A stretch of 64,000 nt of DNA from Octopus sinensis (lineage: Eukaryota). The notes under the pieces were generated by a model that saw only the letters and a program-made list of their open reading frames with translations, was not told where the DNA came from and made no database searches. Below, one piece after another: positions 23,721-36,359 of the stretch. The translations under genes were made by a program, and so were the position numbers. The stretch is from assembly GCF_006345805.1 (NCBI RefSeq), contig NC_043000.1:35216001-35280000 (forward strand), written 5' to 3'. Numbering within the stretch: the first letter of the stretch is position 1; the number at the start of each line of letters is the position of its first letter.

Positions 23721-25467
23721 TCCTTTGAACTTAAGAACACATCATAGAATGGTGAGTCTGACTGCTTTCTTCGAAGGTTACAAGTCAACCCTACTACTAT
23801 GTTAAGGACTCTCAAAAAGACCCTCAGAACTCTCTGACAAAAGGGGTCGAGAGGACCCTTTAGTGCGTCAATAGAATAACAACTTCTGTAGCGGTGGGGA
23901 GCCACAATAGAATGCAATCAGTGCACTGTGCAATAAGAAGGACATCCAGCCATAAAAACCTAACCATTAATGGAGATGTGGTTCTCTAATCCATTTCAGG
24001 AACTGTAAACAAGGACTGATTAATTATAATAGGATGACCTCTCCAACCCATGCTAGGATGGAAAACAGACGTAAAGTAACAATGGGGAGGAGGAAGAGGA
24101 TACACACACACACACACAATGTAGATCTTGTTATATTGTGTTTTGTTGGTAATATATAGTATAATTAATTATATGGATGTAGCAACAAACAGTGATGTCT
24201 AGCCAGCGCTGTTGGCAAATATGTAATCTAGGACAAGCTGTTGCATGGTTTGGTCAGTGGCAACTACAGTGGTTCATAAATACATATAATTAATATACAG
24301 TGATGTATTAGGATTACAGAGAAGACATATTTTGAAAGTGGAGGGGTGGTGGTGGGAGGCGGGGGAGATTGTATTGATTCACTTTCGTATTAATCCCCTG
24401 ATGGAATAAGGATGAAATCAGGTCATGGTGAGAATTGAACTTAGGACCAACGAGGCTGTAAAGAATATGAAAAGCAAGTCTGTAAAAGAATGTCCCCGTA
24501 TCTTCTCTCTCTGTAACCACTGCATGTGCAAATGTCTTGGAACCTGGTGAAAACTGAGCCTATGAACTGAGTCCATTGACTGAGTCTGTGAAATGCATGA
24601 TTATGATGGTGTCTGAAGATGAAAAGCCAGCAAGACAGTGATTAGTTAATTAATTGTTAATTAATTAAAATATTAAACCCAGCAGTTGCCCCAAGGAAGC
24701 AACACACAAGAGTGACACTGTGTGTTATATGTGATGGGGCTGGTGAGGGTGGAGGGTAAGTGTATAGTACTGTGGGGGTAAGGTGTTAGATTGTGTCAGA
24801 GTATATCAAAGGTGGTGGGGGTTAGAGGTCTATAGGAAGATAAGAGAGGGAGGAGAGATTAAAAGTGAGATGAATAATGGTGGGATAAAGTCTATATTGT
24901 TTTATCACGTCCCTCTTTCCTTCCCCCTTTCCTTCCCCTCTATCTCTGTTCTTCTTCTTCTCTCTCTCTCTCCCTTCTCTCCAAGTGGTTTGAATTCAGA
25001 ACTGCTGTTGTGGAATCAACCTGGTGCCACTGTCATCGTCACAGTGACCATATACTTAACCACCATTGACATCATCACCATCATCACTATCACCATCTTC
25101 AGCGCCATCATCAGCATTATTACCACCATCACCTTCACCAACTTCATCACCACCATCCTGACTACCACCACCACCATTGTCATCATGGTTGTATTTAATA
25201 TCTTAAATAGTCTAATCTGGCCACAGCTGTCACCCAACACATTGTGGACATTTATCACTGTGGACATTCATTACTAAAGCAACAGTTTTAATGATTTATA
25301 AACAGTATCATGGTTTTAATTTGTTCTTATGACTTGCCAGAGAGAGAGAGTAGACAGTTGGACAATATACCTTGCAATAGTTAGTTGCATTTCTCTGTGT
25401 TCTGATTTCAAATCCTGCTGAGGTCAACTTGGACGTTCATCTCTCCAGAGGTCAGTAGAATAAAGTA

Positions 25468-25786
25468 CAGTGGAACCTTGGGTTATGAACGTCTTCCATC
25501 ACAAACAAATCGGTTTTCAAACAATTTTTAGATATAAAACGTCTCAGGTGACAAACAGTGTCTCAAGTAGTGACCACACAAGCCAGCAACAACAGTTGAT
25601 GACAGCTGTGAATATCAATAGGAGAGCATCAGTTTGTGTCTAGCGTCTGCTCAGTGCACACCCCTGCTTAAATTCACTGTGCCTCCTCTTGAATATCCTA
25701 TGGGGAACGTAGTTTTGGCTTACAAATATTTCAGGTGATGAACAGCCTTCAGGAATGAATTAAATTTGTAAACCAAGGTTCCACTG
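25468..25786. mobile_element. Non-autonomous Tc1/mariner-pogo (Tigger-like) MITE
   Basis: 14-bp perfect TIRs CAGTGGAACCTTGG / CCAAGGTTCCACTG, flanked on both sides by a TA target-site duplication (25466-67 and 25787-88). Confidence 0.92.
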
Positions 25787-25899
25787 TATTATTAAAATAT
25801 ACTAGAGAAAGAAGGAGAGAAAAAAAAAAGGAAACTGAACGTATAATACATAACTTAGAAGCAGTGCTACGGATGTGCCTGCATGCACAAGCTTGAGAC

Positions 25900-26165
25900 A
25901 TGGCTGCCCTCATACACTTTCCATGAGGAATTCCAGAAGGAGCCTTGTGAGACCACAGCAGAGACGCTTCTGGGAGGGGAAGAAAAAAACCATTGGAAAA
26001 CCGATTATAGCAGTGACTCGATCAGTTCCTAGGGATATTTGAAGAAGAAATTTTTATATTCCAAACAGACTATAGATGATTAAATTATAACAGTTATTAT
26101 AGACCATAGTTGCTATTATAGTGCATTTGTTGTGCCATTCAAGACATTATTTTTTTTTACTCTAG
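25900..26165 (+). mobile_element. LINE-like 3' end fragment, with a second copy at about 48660-48810
   Basis: cctagggatat(t/c)tga(a/g)gaag...agactat(a/g)gatg(a/g)ttaaatta...attatagtgcatt(t)gttgt(g/a)ccatt is shared between the two loci. The LINE identity is inferred. Confidence 0.55.
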
Positions 26166-26504
26166 AGTGGGCCTGACTGACTACCACCCCACCTGACTAT
26201 GTGGCCTTATACCTGTGTTAAATGTTAATTAGTTCACACACACACACATTTTATACATCATCTGTTCTACATCATCAAGGCACATAACTCTGTTCTAGAA
26301 TGCCTGGTCAATTGAAAAGAGATTGTTGTCCAACTTCACAGTTAAGTGATTCAACTGTAAAAATGTTACAACCAACGCAAAATACCATCTTAAACCATTC
26401 AAGCAGAAAAATGGATGCAAAATGGTTGTGTGTGTGTAATGTGTGTTTGTATTTGTATATGTATGCATTCACACATGCACTCATACACACGTGCACACAT
26501 ACCA

Positions 26505-26675
26505 TCATCATTATCATTGACATCACATCGTCGTTTAATGTTTGTTTTCTATGCTGGCATGGGTTGGACAGTTTGACCAAAGCCAGTGAGCCAGAGGACT
26601 GTATCAAGCTCTAGTGTCTGCTTTGCTATGTTTTCTATGGCTAGATGCCCTTCCTAACACCAACCATTTCATTGA
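26505..26675 (-). mobile_element. SINE family A copy (decayed)
   Basis: cgtttaatg...atgctggcatgggttggacagtttgac...tagatgcccttcctaacaccaacca. Confidence 0.75.
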
Positions 26676-29600
26676 GTGTATGTTTATCTATTGTATGTAT
26701 GTTTATATTAAATACAACATAAAGAGTGAATGTTTATATATAGGGCCTCCTCTATTGGTTAAATTTATCCACACAAATTTTTCCTGAGGTTGACTAGCAG
26801 TTGCTCATGTATGCTGGCTTCTCCACTCCCATCCTCTCAGTTCATGCCTCTAATGTTTACCAAAAAGAAAACTGACACAGCTTGGTACCAGTGTTGTTGT
26901 AGGTTTTAATATCAGAACCCAAACAGGGGCCAACAGACATCATCTTGTCTGACCCTCCAACTGTTCCACCAACAAACCACCCCACTTGATTGCTACATAT
27001 TTTTACTGATAAGATGAAAGATAAAGTTGAATTAGGCAGGATTTGAACTCGGAATAGAGACAGTTGCAACAAAAACCAAGGGGTATTTCTAGCCACCATT
27101 CTAATGACTCTTGTTTATTCATAACCCTATATACAAGTGGATTGCCTGTTCATGAGGTTCAAATCTCTTATGTGTTATGTGTCTCTTTGTGTTTCTGGAC
27201 AAAATGGTCTTCTCTCAAAATATCTGTGTCTGTTTATTTAGCTGTATGGTACCACTTCTCCATGCATACGTGTATCTGTTTATCTTGCCATGGGGTATCA
27301 CATCCCTATATACATGTTTGTCTAGCTGTATGGTATGATTTTCCACAAACACACACATATGTGTACATAGACAAATATATATATACACATATATTTGTCT
27401 GTATGTGTATACATACACATTTATACATGTCTGTTTATCTTGCTGTGGGATTTAGGGGCCATTTTAATCTGGGTTCAGCTGCTTAGGAGATAGTCTGTGC
27501 ATGTGACTGCTTATCTACCCAACTCTAATGTTATCTCAAGTATGCACTCCATGCTGGTTGAGCCCTTGGTTGAACAGGTTGTCACCATCCAAATAATTTT
27601 TATTCGAAATTACTGTCATTATAGGCTGGTCTGACAACTATGTTTCATTCAGACATCTCATTCACATCAAATGAAATATAGTATACAATATTAATTATAA
27701 AGGATGTGTGTGTGTGTCTGCATTTGTACATTTGTTAGGGACACTGTGTAAAGAATGGTGAGAGGAATGAAGAAAAGCAATGCAAGAGTCAGTGGAACTT
27801 TGGAGGGGGGGATGAGAAGAATTATGTCTGTGAGGTGAAAGAGTAACAATAAAATATGAAGGAGAGAGAGAGAGACGCTCCTATAAAAGACAGACAATAT
27901 GGAGGATCTAAGGACATAGTGACTAAACAGGAGTAACAGGAATAATATGGAGTATATAAAGACACTGACTAAATAGAAATAACAGAGAGAAGAGATGAAA
28001 ACATGGCAACTGTTTTCTTCTTTTGTCCTTCACTTATGTTTTTGTCATAATTGAAATTATATTTTTATGTTAATTATTCATTAAGCAAATTGGAAAAAAA
28101 TATTTGCAAAGAAAATAATGTAATGTTGGTCCATTGTTCAAAGAAGCTTATAGTGTGTGTGTGTCTGTGTTTACAATATGAAAGTGTAAGCAAAAGTGAG
28201 AGTGTGAGTGGCAGTTGGAATAAAGAAATGAGACTGAGTGTGGAATTATCTACTAAGAGAGAGAGAGAGAGAGAGAGAGAGATATACTGACCATAGTGTG
28301 TACATTGTATCACATGATCAAAAGCATTTGTCATTGGACTTATCACATGATCAGCAGAAAGAAATGAAAACAATTTGTTTGTCTATTTACTTATATTTCT
28401 ATGCCAGAGTTAGAAATTCATTCTGTTCCTGCCATACTGGTTTGGTAAATAATTTGAGACAACCTGTTCAAATGTTCATGATGAAACAATTACAGCATGG
28501 AACAGTCATTCTAACCATTTCACAACACAAAAACTGTTTCATTTACTTCTCAGTAGTACCGTCTACTGCAAAGTATCTAAATGTGTTGTCACACTTCAAT
28601 GATGTGATCATTGCCCTGTATCTGTTAAAAATCTCTTACTGTTAAGTTTTAATAAATGTGGGTGGTTGGGTGGCTGGCTTGTTTTGTTTGTATCACTTTA
28701 ATCTATGTTTCAGATATATTTCATATGAGTTTAATATATATTTCAAAAGTATTTAACCCATTAACTGCCAAATCTTTTTTATTCATATTTTTTGACTTTG
28801 CCTAAATTTTCTTCATATGTGAATTATTTTGGAAATTATGATAAATTTTTTTGAAAAGTCCCAAATGGGGATTGCTGAAAAAAAAGCATACTTATCCTTT
28901 TCTATTCAATTGCAATAATAAACAGTTTAGTTTTTCAAAACTATAGTATCAAGTGTGAATGTGTATGAAATACCAATGAATGATATAAATGGGAAATGGG
29001 GGGAAAAATATGTTTTCAAAAGTCAACATTTTTGTAGAATTAGCCAGAGCTAATAATAACTAACTTTAACCACCAAATATTATTAAATACACCTCTGCAA
29101 ATGCAATGTACATAAGCAATTCACTTTAAATACAACCAGCAGTGAGACTCTTTGTAGCAGATCTCCAAATAGGGCTCATGGAAGACAGTGGGTTAATGTG
29201 CATTTAATATACGTTTCAAACATATTTCATGTATACTTAATTTATATTCTGTATATGTTTATTAAAGTATATTTAACATTTTGGTTAGGTTTTTACCTGT
29301 TGCTAAACTTGAGTTATGTGAGCCTACTGTATGGCTGGTTGCTGTTTAAACTTTAAACACATGACTTTAGTCACTCTCAAACTTAAATCTTATTGTCTCT
29401 TTATTATATCTTATGTTTATTTATTTATGTAAATGATTGAGTTCATTTAATTTGTTATTCTTTTTTTTTTTAACTCTGTTACTTATCTCATTAATAGAAT
29501 TTTTGTCTTTTCATTATTGGGATCCTTCTTCACAGATTAGAGACATCATTTAGCTGCTGTAGATATAAATTAAATTATCCCCAAATAACTATTTACAGGA

Positions 29601-29727
29601 AAAGTCTAATTATATTCTTGCCAAGTTGATATGTACAACTGTTCTTGTGTGTGTAATCATCATATATAGATATGTGCGTATATGAATATATGTGCTCATG
29701 TGTATGTGTATATATATATCTAGAGAT

Positions 29728-29742
29728 ATGTATATATGTGTG

Positions 29743-29830
<88 letters not shown>
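29728..29830. repeat. (TG)n(TA)n(CA)n compound microsatellite
   Basis: Seen directly. The TG and CA flanks make the tract self-complementary. Confidence 0.95.
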
Positions 29831-30129
29831 GTCTTATATCTTCATATATTAATCATCATCGGCACCATCTTTTAATGTCCATGTTTCATATTAGCTTGAG
29901 TTGTATGGTTTAACAAGATCCAGGGTCCAAGAACTGCATTATGTTTCGTTGTCTGATTTGGCATGATAGTTGCCAAAAATCATGCACAATATAAGTTCAA
30001 TACCCTCAGGAATTGTCAAAGACATGCTTCGATTTTTCTAAAATTCAATAAAATTGTTGAATATACACACTCTCTTGTACACAATGAACAAAATGGATAA
30101 TAATAATAATAATAATAATATTCCTTTCT

Positions 30130-30335
30130 ACTAAAGGTACAAGGCCTGAAATTTTTGAGGAGGGGCCTGGTCAATTACACTGACCCTAGTGTTTCATTGG
30201 TACTTAATTTATTGACCCTGAAAGGATAAAAAGCAAAGTCAACCTTGGTAGAATTTGAACTAATAACATGAAGACAGACAAAATACTGCTAAGCATTTTG
30301 CCTGGCATGCTAAAGATTCTGCCATCTCACCACCT
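30130..30335 (-). mobile_element. SINE family C copy
   Basis: aggcctgaaattttt...tgaccctagtgtttcattggtacttaatttattgaccctgaaaggataaaaagcaaagtcaacc...gcattttgcctggcatgctaa. Confidence 0.85.
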
Positions 30336-30353
30336 TAATCATAATGATGATAA

Positions 30354-30721
30354 TCTCTCTATATATAAACGGCAGTTTGTCTGTGCGTGTTTCTGTGTGT
30401 CTGTTTGCTTGTACCCTCACCCGATTCTGATGAAACTTGACACACACATAGCCCAATGTCATAATTCAAAACTAACGCAGCCAAAATTTTGAAAAGTTCC
30501 CCCAGTTCTGAAAAAAATCGATAAATTCGACATGGGGTCGAGAATCAGAAACACGAACCACAAACTGTCTAGGGGATGCAACTCCATCCTTTCTTAACTC
30601 TCAAAAAAAAAATTTACCATCATTTTTTTCCATTTTTTTCTATTTTTTGGCTATAACTCTCTAAAAATGCTTTATAGTTATTTCCCTTACAAACCTGAGC
30701 AACGCCGGGCGATACTGCTAG
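30354..30721 (+). mobile_element. Non-autonomous Helitron
   Basis: 5' TC (TCTCTCTATATATAAA) preceded by A. 3' end cctgagcaacgccgggcgatactgCTAG followed by T. A TC...CTAG element with a GC-rich subterminal segment inserted at A|T is the Helitron signature. Confidence 0.8.
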
Positions 30722-31129
30722 TAATTAATAAGTATAAAAGCCAGTTTAGAACAGTGTTATTGGGGACAGCCAGGATACTTAGTGGGGTTCCTGGTATCTA
30801 AGATTACTTGTTGTAGCCCAATGTTCGGAATTTTTCTTTCCCAAAAGTCTAATTTGTTGTGTGTATATGAATAATAATGATGATGATGATGATAATAATA
30901 ATTATAATAATTATGATGATAATAATAATTATAATGATAATAATAATAATGTAATATAAATAAAATGTCAAATGATTTGGTGTCTGACTTTTGGCCTGCC
31001 ATATGTATGTATGTGTGTGTTTGCATTTATAAATGCACATATATATATATATATATGCATACATATATGCATATACAAGAAGGAATGACAAGGGAATAGA
31101 TGTTATTGCTATATGATGTGGTGCACTCA

Positions 31130-31492
31130 TAGTTGAGTGCCTGATAGGGTTCCAGTTGATCCAATCAACGGAACAGCCTGCTCGTGAAATCAATGTGCAA
31201 GTGACTAAGCACTCCACAGACACGTATAACCTTAACGTAGTTCTCGGGGAGATTCAGCGTGACGCAGAATGTGGCAAGGTTGGCCCCTTTGAAAATACAG
31301 GTACAACAGAAACAGGAAGAAAGAGTGAGAGAAAGTTGTGGTGAAAGAGTACAGCAGGGTTCGCCACAACCCCCTGGTGGAGCCTTGTGGGACTTTAGGT
31401 GTTTCCGCTCAATAAACACTCACAACGCCCGGTCTTGGAATTGAAACCATGATCTTACAACCACAAGTCCGTTGCTATAACCACTGGGCCAT
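31130..31492 (-). mobile_element. tRNA-derived SINE family E
   Basis: Minus strand begins aatggcccagtggttatagcaacggacttgtggttgtaagatcatggtttcaattcc (tRNA-like A and B boxes). A related 3' part lies at about 57410-57610. Confidence 0.8.
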
Positions 31493-31500
31493 TACACCTC

Positions 31501-31535
<35 letters not shown>

Positions 31536-33061
31536 GTGTGTATACATATAATCATCATCATCATCCTTTACCCTGCTGGCATGGGCAGAAGAAGTGCATC
31601 GGGTGCCAATGTGTCGCCCTGGCACATGTGCTTTTACATGACATCAACACCAGTTCTTTATACGTGGCAGCAGCATGTGCATATATATAAAAATTGGGGG
31701 AATACAAACAGAGATAAAAAAGAAAAAAAAAACTCAAATTATGAATCTACCCTTTTTTTTAAATATTTTATATTGATAGAAATTCTAAAGTCACTCAAGT
31801 AACATTGCATGAAACTCTTGGTCTTGGTGTCACTTTGTAAAGCTTTTCAGTTAAATTGTTTGTGTGTGTGTGTGCTCTGTGTTTATGTCTGTAATGGTGT
31901 GAAAAAACAGTGTTTCATGTTGTGTTGTTCTTAATTTTATGTCCTCTAACTTAACATTGTTAAATAGAAATATGTGAACTAAGTGGCAAACCAAAATATA
32001 CGCAAATGCTTTTCCCACTGATTAAAATGAATAAAATGTCTATAAAATATTGAAATCAATATCTTCATTTCCTCTGCTGTTACTCTGAGTTTTTGTGTTA
32101 AAGAAATTAAAATAGATTTCAGTGTAAGCCATTACTTTTGAACATTTTTATAAATGTTCTAAGGAAATGATAACTGCAAGTAACTGCACTGACCTATATG
32201 GGATATTTGTAAAGTATATGACATGTCTATTGTATTTAAACAAAAAGAAACAAAAAATATTTAGTGCACATTTGCAGTTTGTTAGCAGTGTGTGTGTATG
32301 TGTGGTGCTGCTTCAGTTTTTAATGGCGTTTTTCTAAAATTTTAATCAAATTGTATTATGAAAAATCAAATTAATAATGTTTTTAAGAAAAAAGAAAAAT
32401 TAATTTAATCTTTCTTTTGAAAAGAAAATCTGATTGAATTTTTTTTTTTGTAGATTTAACCTATACCAGTTTTCATAAAAAAAAAAAAAAAAAAAACTTA
32501 TGTCTATATTTGTTTTGGTAAATCTGTGTGTGTCTGTGAATATGTGTGTGTGTCTGGAAATTTATCATAAATTGAGAAAAAATTAATGATTAAAAAACTT
32601 AAAGAATTCTTAATTTACAAAAAACCAAAAAATTATTTTTTTTGGTCAGTCAAGAATTGATACAATAATTTGATACATTGTTATTGTTAATTAGGCTATA
32701 GAATATTTAATTGAACTCTTTAATCACTTCCTTATTATCGCTGTCAATGATTTTGTCAAGTGGGATATACATCTCAGATTAAAAAATATTGGTTTTTAAT
32801 CTATTTCTTACTCACTGGTGACATGACTGGTGACATTATGCTGCTGTTGCTGCTGCTGCTGTTGCCACTGCTGCTGCTGGGTTCCTTATTACTTTGGTCA
32901 TGGTAAATTGCTCAGTTCTCTTAGCTGAACTTTGATAATTATAGTAATTAGATGATTATTATCAACAGCTATTAAAAAAAAATTAAAACAAGCATTAGAA
33001 ATTAAAGAAATAAATGTATGTATGTATGTGTGTGTATATAAATATATATGTATATCCTCAT

Positions 33062-33126
<65 letters not shown>

Positions 33127-34476
33127 TGTTAAACTATATATATATATATAGTTTGTAAAACTAATTTTTTGATTTAAAAATAAAGGTTAAACAATATGAA
33201 AACTTGCAGGTTATTTGAAGTTCTACATAAATATTCCCAAATTATTTATTTCTACAATAATTTCTTGCCATGGAAACAGGATAAACATTATGTCTCTTTC
33301 AGTCAAGTTTATCTGAAATCCACTTTTTTTATTGTCACTCTTCCACCCAGACCACAACACCAAACCCTTCCACCCTGGCAACTTTTGGAATTCTCTCATT
33401 CACACTTTCCCTAAGACTGTTTCTATTCAACATCAACCCTATCAATTTTACCAGCTTCCAAGGACCTGCAATAATTAAGGGCACTGCCCCTTCCTTGCAG
33501 TTAAACCCTAAAACAAAAATGCAGAGTTTCTTATACATGAAAAACAATATCTTGCATGTTAAATAAGGATATCAGTGTGTGTATGAAGATGTATGTGTGT
33601 GGTTTTATGTTTTGAAACATTTTCGTTTTTTCCTTCTTCATATTTTCTGTAGACAAATATCAGATGGAAATCCAATGTTTGTCTACACAATAGTTTTATG
33701 ATTGTGTGTCATTTTGAATAGAGGCCAGCTTCAGTACCTACTGGGGATACCCTGGGATGATGTTGCTTCTACCCTCACCTACATATTGTGTGTGTGTAAA
33801 AACAAAGTATATAGAGATTCTTAATTGCTGTACATTTGGTGAATTTGAAAACATGAACGGTCCATGGAAGTTGTGGGTGGTTTGATGGATAGACCTTGTT
33901 AATTGTATATCCAGATGTGAAGGTAATGATCAGTTAAACAGATTGGGGAATATTGTTGTGTGTGAGCAAGAGTGAGAGAGACTGCTTTGGTGTTGTTGGT
34001 GTTCCACAAAAATCTATATTTGCCAAAATCTGGTGTTAACTCTTAAACATTTTAGATTTAGCTTGAAAACTTATTTCAAATTTACCTTCAGTAGCACCTT
34101 TAATTTACTGCCATCAATTTTTGAGTGTGTCTGTGCTAGCAGTAGAATTATTAAATAAGTCTCCATTTTAAACAGTTTTTCTCTCCAGTTTTAGGGTTGC
34201 TATTGTGAATGGATGCTGCAAGCGGATAAAAAAAAAATGTTTTAGGTAGATTTTGGAATTCTTCAATTCTTAGTATTTATCTTCAGAAATATATGTAGCA
34301 GCGTGTGTGTGTGAGTGTGTGTTTGTACCAGAATAAGCACATAAGTGTGAAACAAGGTGGCAAAAATAGTACATGAATACTGGAGGTAGAGTAATATATT
34401 TTATTGATAAAGTAAGTATATATACATATATATATACACATACATCTATATATATATATGTGTGTGTGTGTGTGTT

Positions 34477-34514
<38 letters not shown>

Positions 34515-34519
34515 TATAT

Positions 34520-34766
34520 TCACCGTTTAATGTCCACTTTCCATGTTAGCATGGGTTGGACAAATGACAGAGGGCTGGCAAACCAGATGGCTGCACCAGG
34601 CTTCAATCTTGATCTGGCAGAGTTTCAACTGCTGGATGCCCTTCCTAATTCGAAGTGGTTGGCACTCCGAGTGTAGTGGGTGCTTTTATATACCACTGTT
34701 ACTGGCAACGGCCTCACTCAAATCTTTTACACATGCCACCAGCACAGGTGCCAGTAAGGCGATGCT

Positions 34767-34770
<4 letters not shown>
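34520..34770 (-). mobile_element. SINE family A copy
   Basis: cgtttaatgtccactttccatgttagcatgggttggac...ctggatgcccttcctaa...cactccgagtgtagtgggtgc. Confidence 0.85.
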
Positions 34771-34815
<45 letters not shown>

Positions 34816-34919
34816 GTATATATATACATGATATATATATATATACATATGTATATATATATATAATATATATATATATATATACACATGTATATATATA
34901 CATGTATATATATATATAC

Positions 34920-34967
<48 letters not shown>

Positions 34968-35335
34968 ATATATACATGTATATGTATATATATGTATATA
35001 CACATGTATATGTATATATACACATGTATATGTATATATATACATGTATATATATGTATATACACATGTATATATATGTATATACACATGTATATGTATA
35101 TATACACATGTATATGTATATATATACATGTATATATATGTATATACACATGTATATATATGTATATACACATGTATATGTATATATATATATACATGTA
35201 TATATATGTATATACACATGTATATGTATATATATATGTATATACATGTATATGTATATATATGTATATACATGTATATGTATATACATGTATATGTATA
35301 TATATGTATATATATGTATATACATGTATATATAT
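34770..35335. repeat. (TA)n-derived minisatellite with higher-order 'tatacacatgtatatg' units
   Basis: About 560 nt of mostly alternating purine/pyrimidine sequence. Explains the long YI/HV-rich spurious ORFs. Confidence 0.97.
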
Positions 35336-35622
35336 CGAAATCACTAAGATGATCCGGTTCCCGACTGAAGATTAGAGGCTTCGAGTGACCCGTTGTTTTT
35401 TTGTGTCGTCTCCTTGTGTGTTTTTGTGTTCTTGTCCCACTTTGTAATTTATATTTTATATTAAATTCTATATACCCGGATATGTCTCCGCAAACAATAA
35501 CTCTCTGCTCGAATGGGCCTTGGTGCCCAAATCCTGAACTGAAAGACTTCGCCAGGTGGTGCTATTAAGTTAGACATGGCCTGCGCCAATACTGGCCAAA
35601 AACCTTTCTAAGTTATTCTAAG
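35336..35622 (+). mobile_element. CpG-rich repeat remnant embedded in (TA)n, probably Penelope-like
   Basis: cgactgaaga...gacccgttgttttttgtgtcgtct...ttcttgtccca is similar to the reverse complement of 56865-57010. Both copies border (TA)n. Confidence 0.5.
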
Positions 35623-35757
35623 TTATATATATATATATGTATATATATATATACATACATGTGTATGTATATATATATATATATACATATACATGTATAT
35701 GTATAAATATATATATATACACATGTGTGTGTGTGTTCTAATGTACAAAATACTGAT

Positions 35758-35821
<64 letters not shown>

Positions 35822-36143
35822 ATAAAATAGAAGCAGCACTAGCGTAATAAAACCTTATCACACCCACATATACTTGACGTATATATGTCATATATTTGCT
35901 GGTAAACAGGGATTTGGGATGTTGGAGAATACTCTATCGCAAAGGGCCAGGTTTTTTAAACACCTGAAAGTCACGGACTGGCAAGATAACTCACCTGTCC
36001 ATGACTTTCAGATTTCTTTTGATTCCCTGTGCTTTGAGAGACTAATCTCCACCATGCCAGATTGCAGCCTACCTACAAATACATGATGCATATACGTTTA
36101 GTATGTACGGTTGATTACATACATACATATCTATCTATCTATC

Positions 36144-36195
<52 letters not shown>

Positions 36196-36359
36196 GTGTA
36201 TGTATGTGTGTGTGTGTATGTATGTATATACTCATGTAGATGTGGCTGTGTGGTAAAAACCTTGCTTCCCAACCACGTGGTTCCAGGCTTAGTTTCACTG
36301 CATGGGTCAACCAAAACCTTGGATTCGGTAGATGGAAACTGAAAGAATATATGTATGTA

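Noticed and set aside
23260-23805. 181-aa hydrophobic/Pro-rich ORF
   Set aside because: Produced by a polypyrimidine tract. No domain or splice support.
34686-35375. Six overlapping 140-205 aa ORFs rich in Y/I/H/C/M
   Set aside because: They are translations of the (TA)n-derived minisatellite, which lacks stop codons. Not genes.
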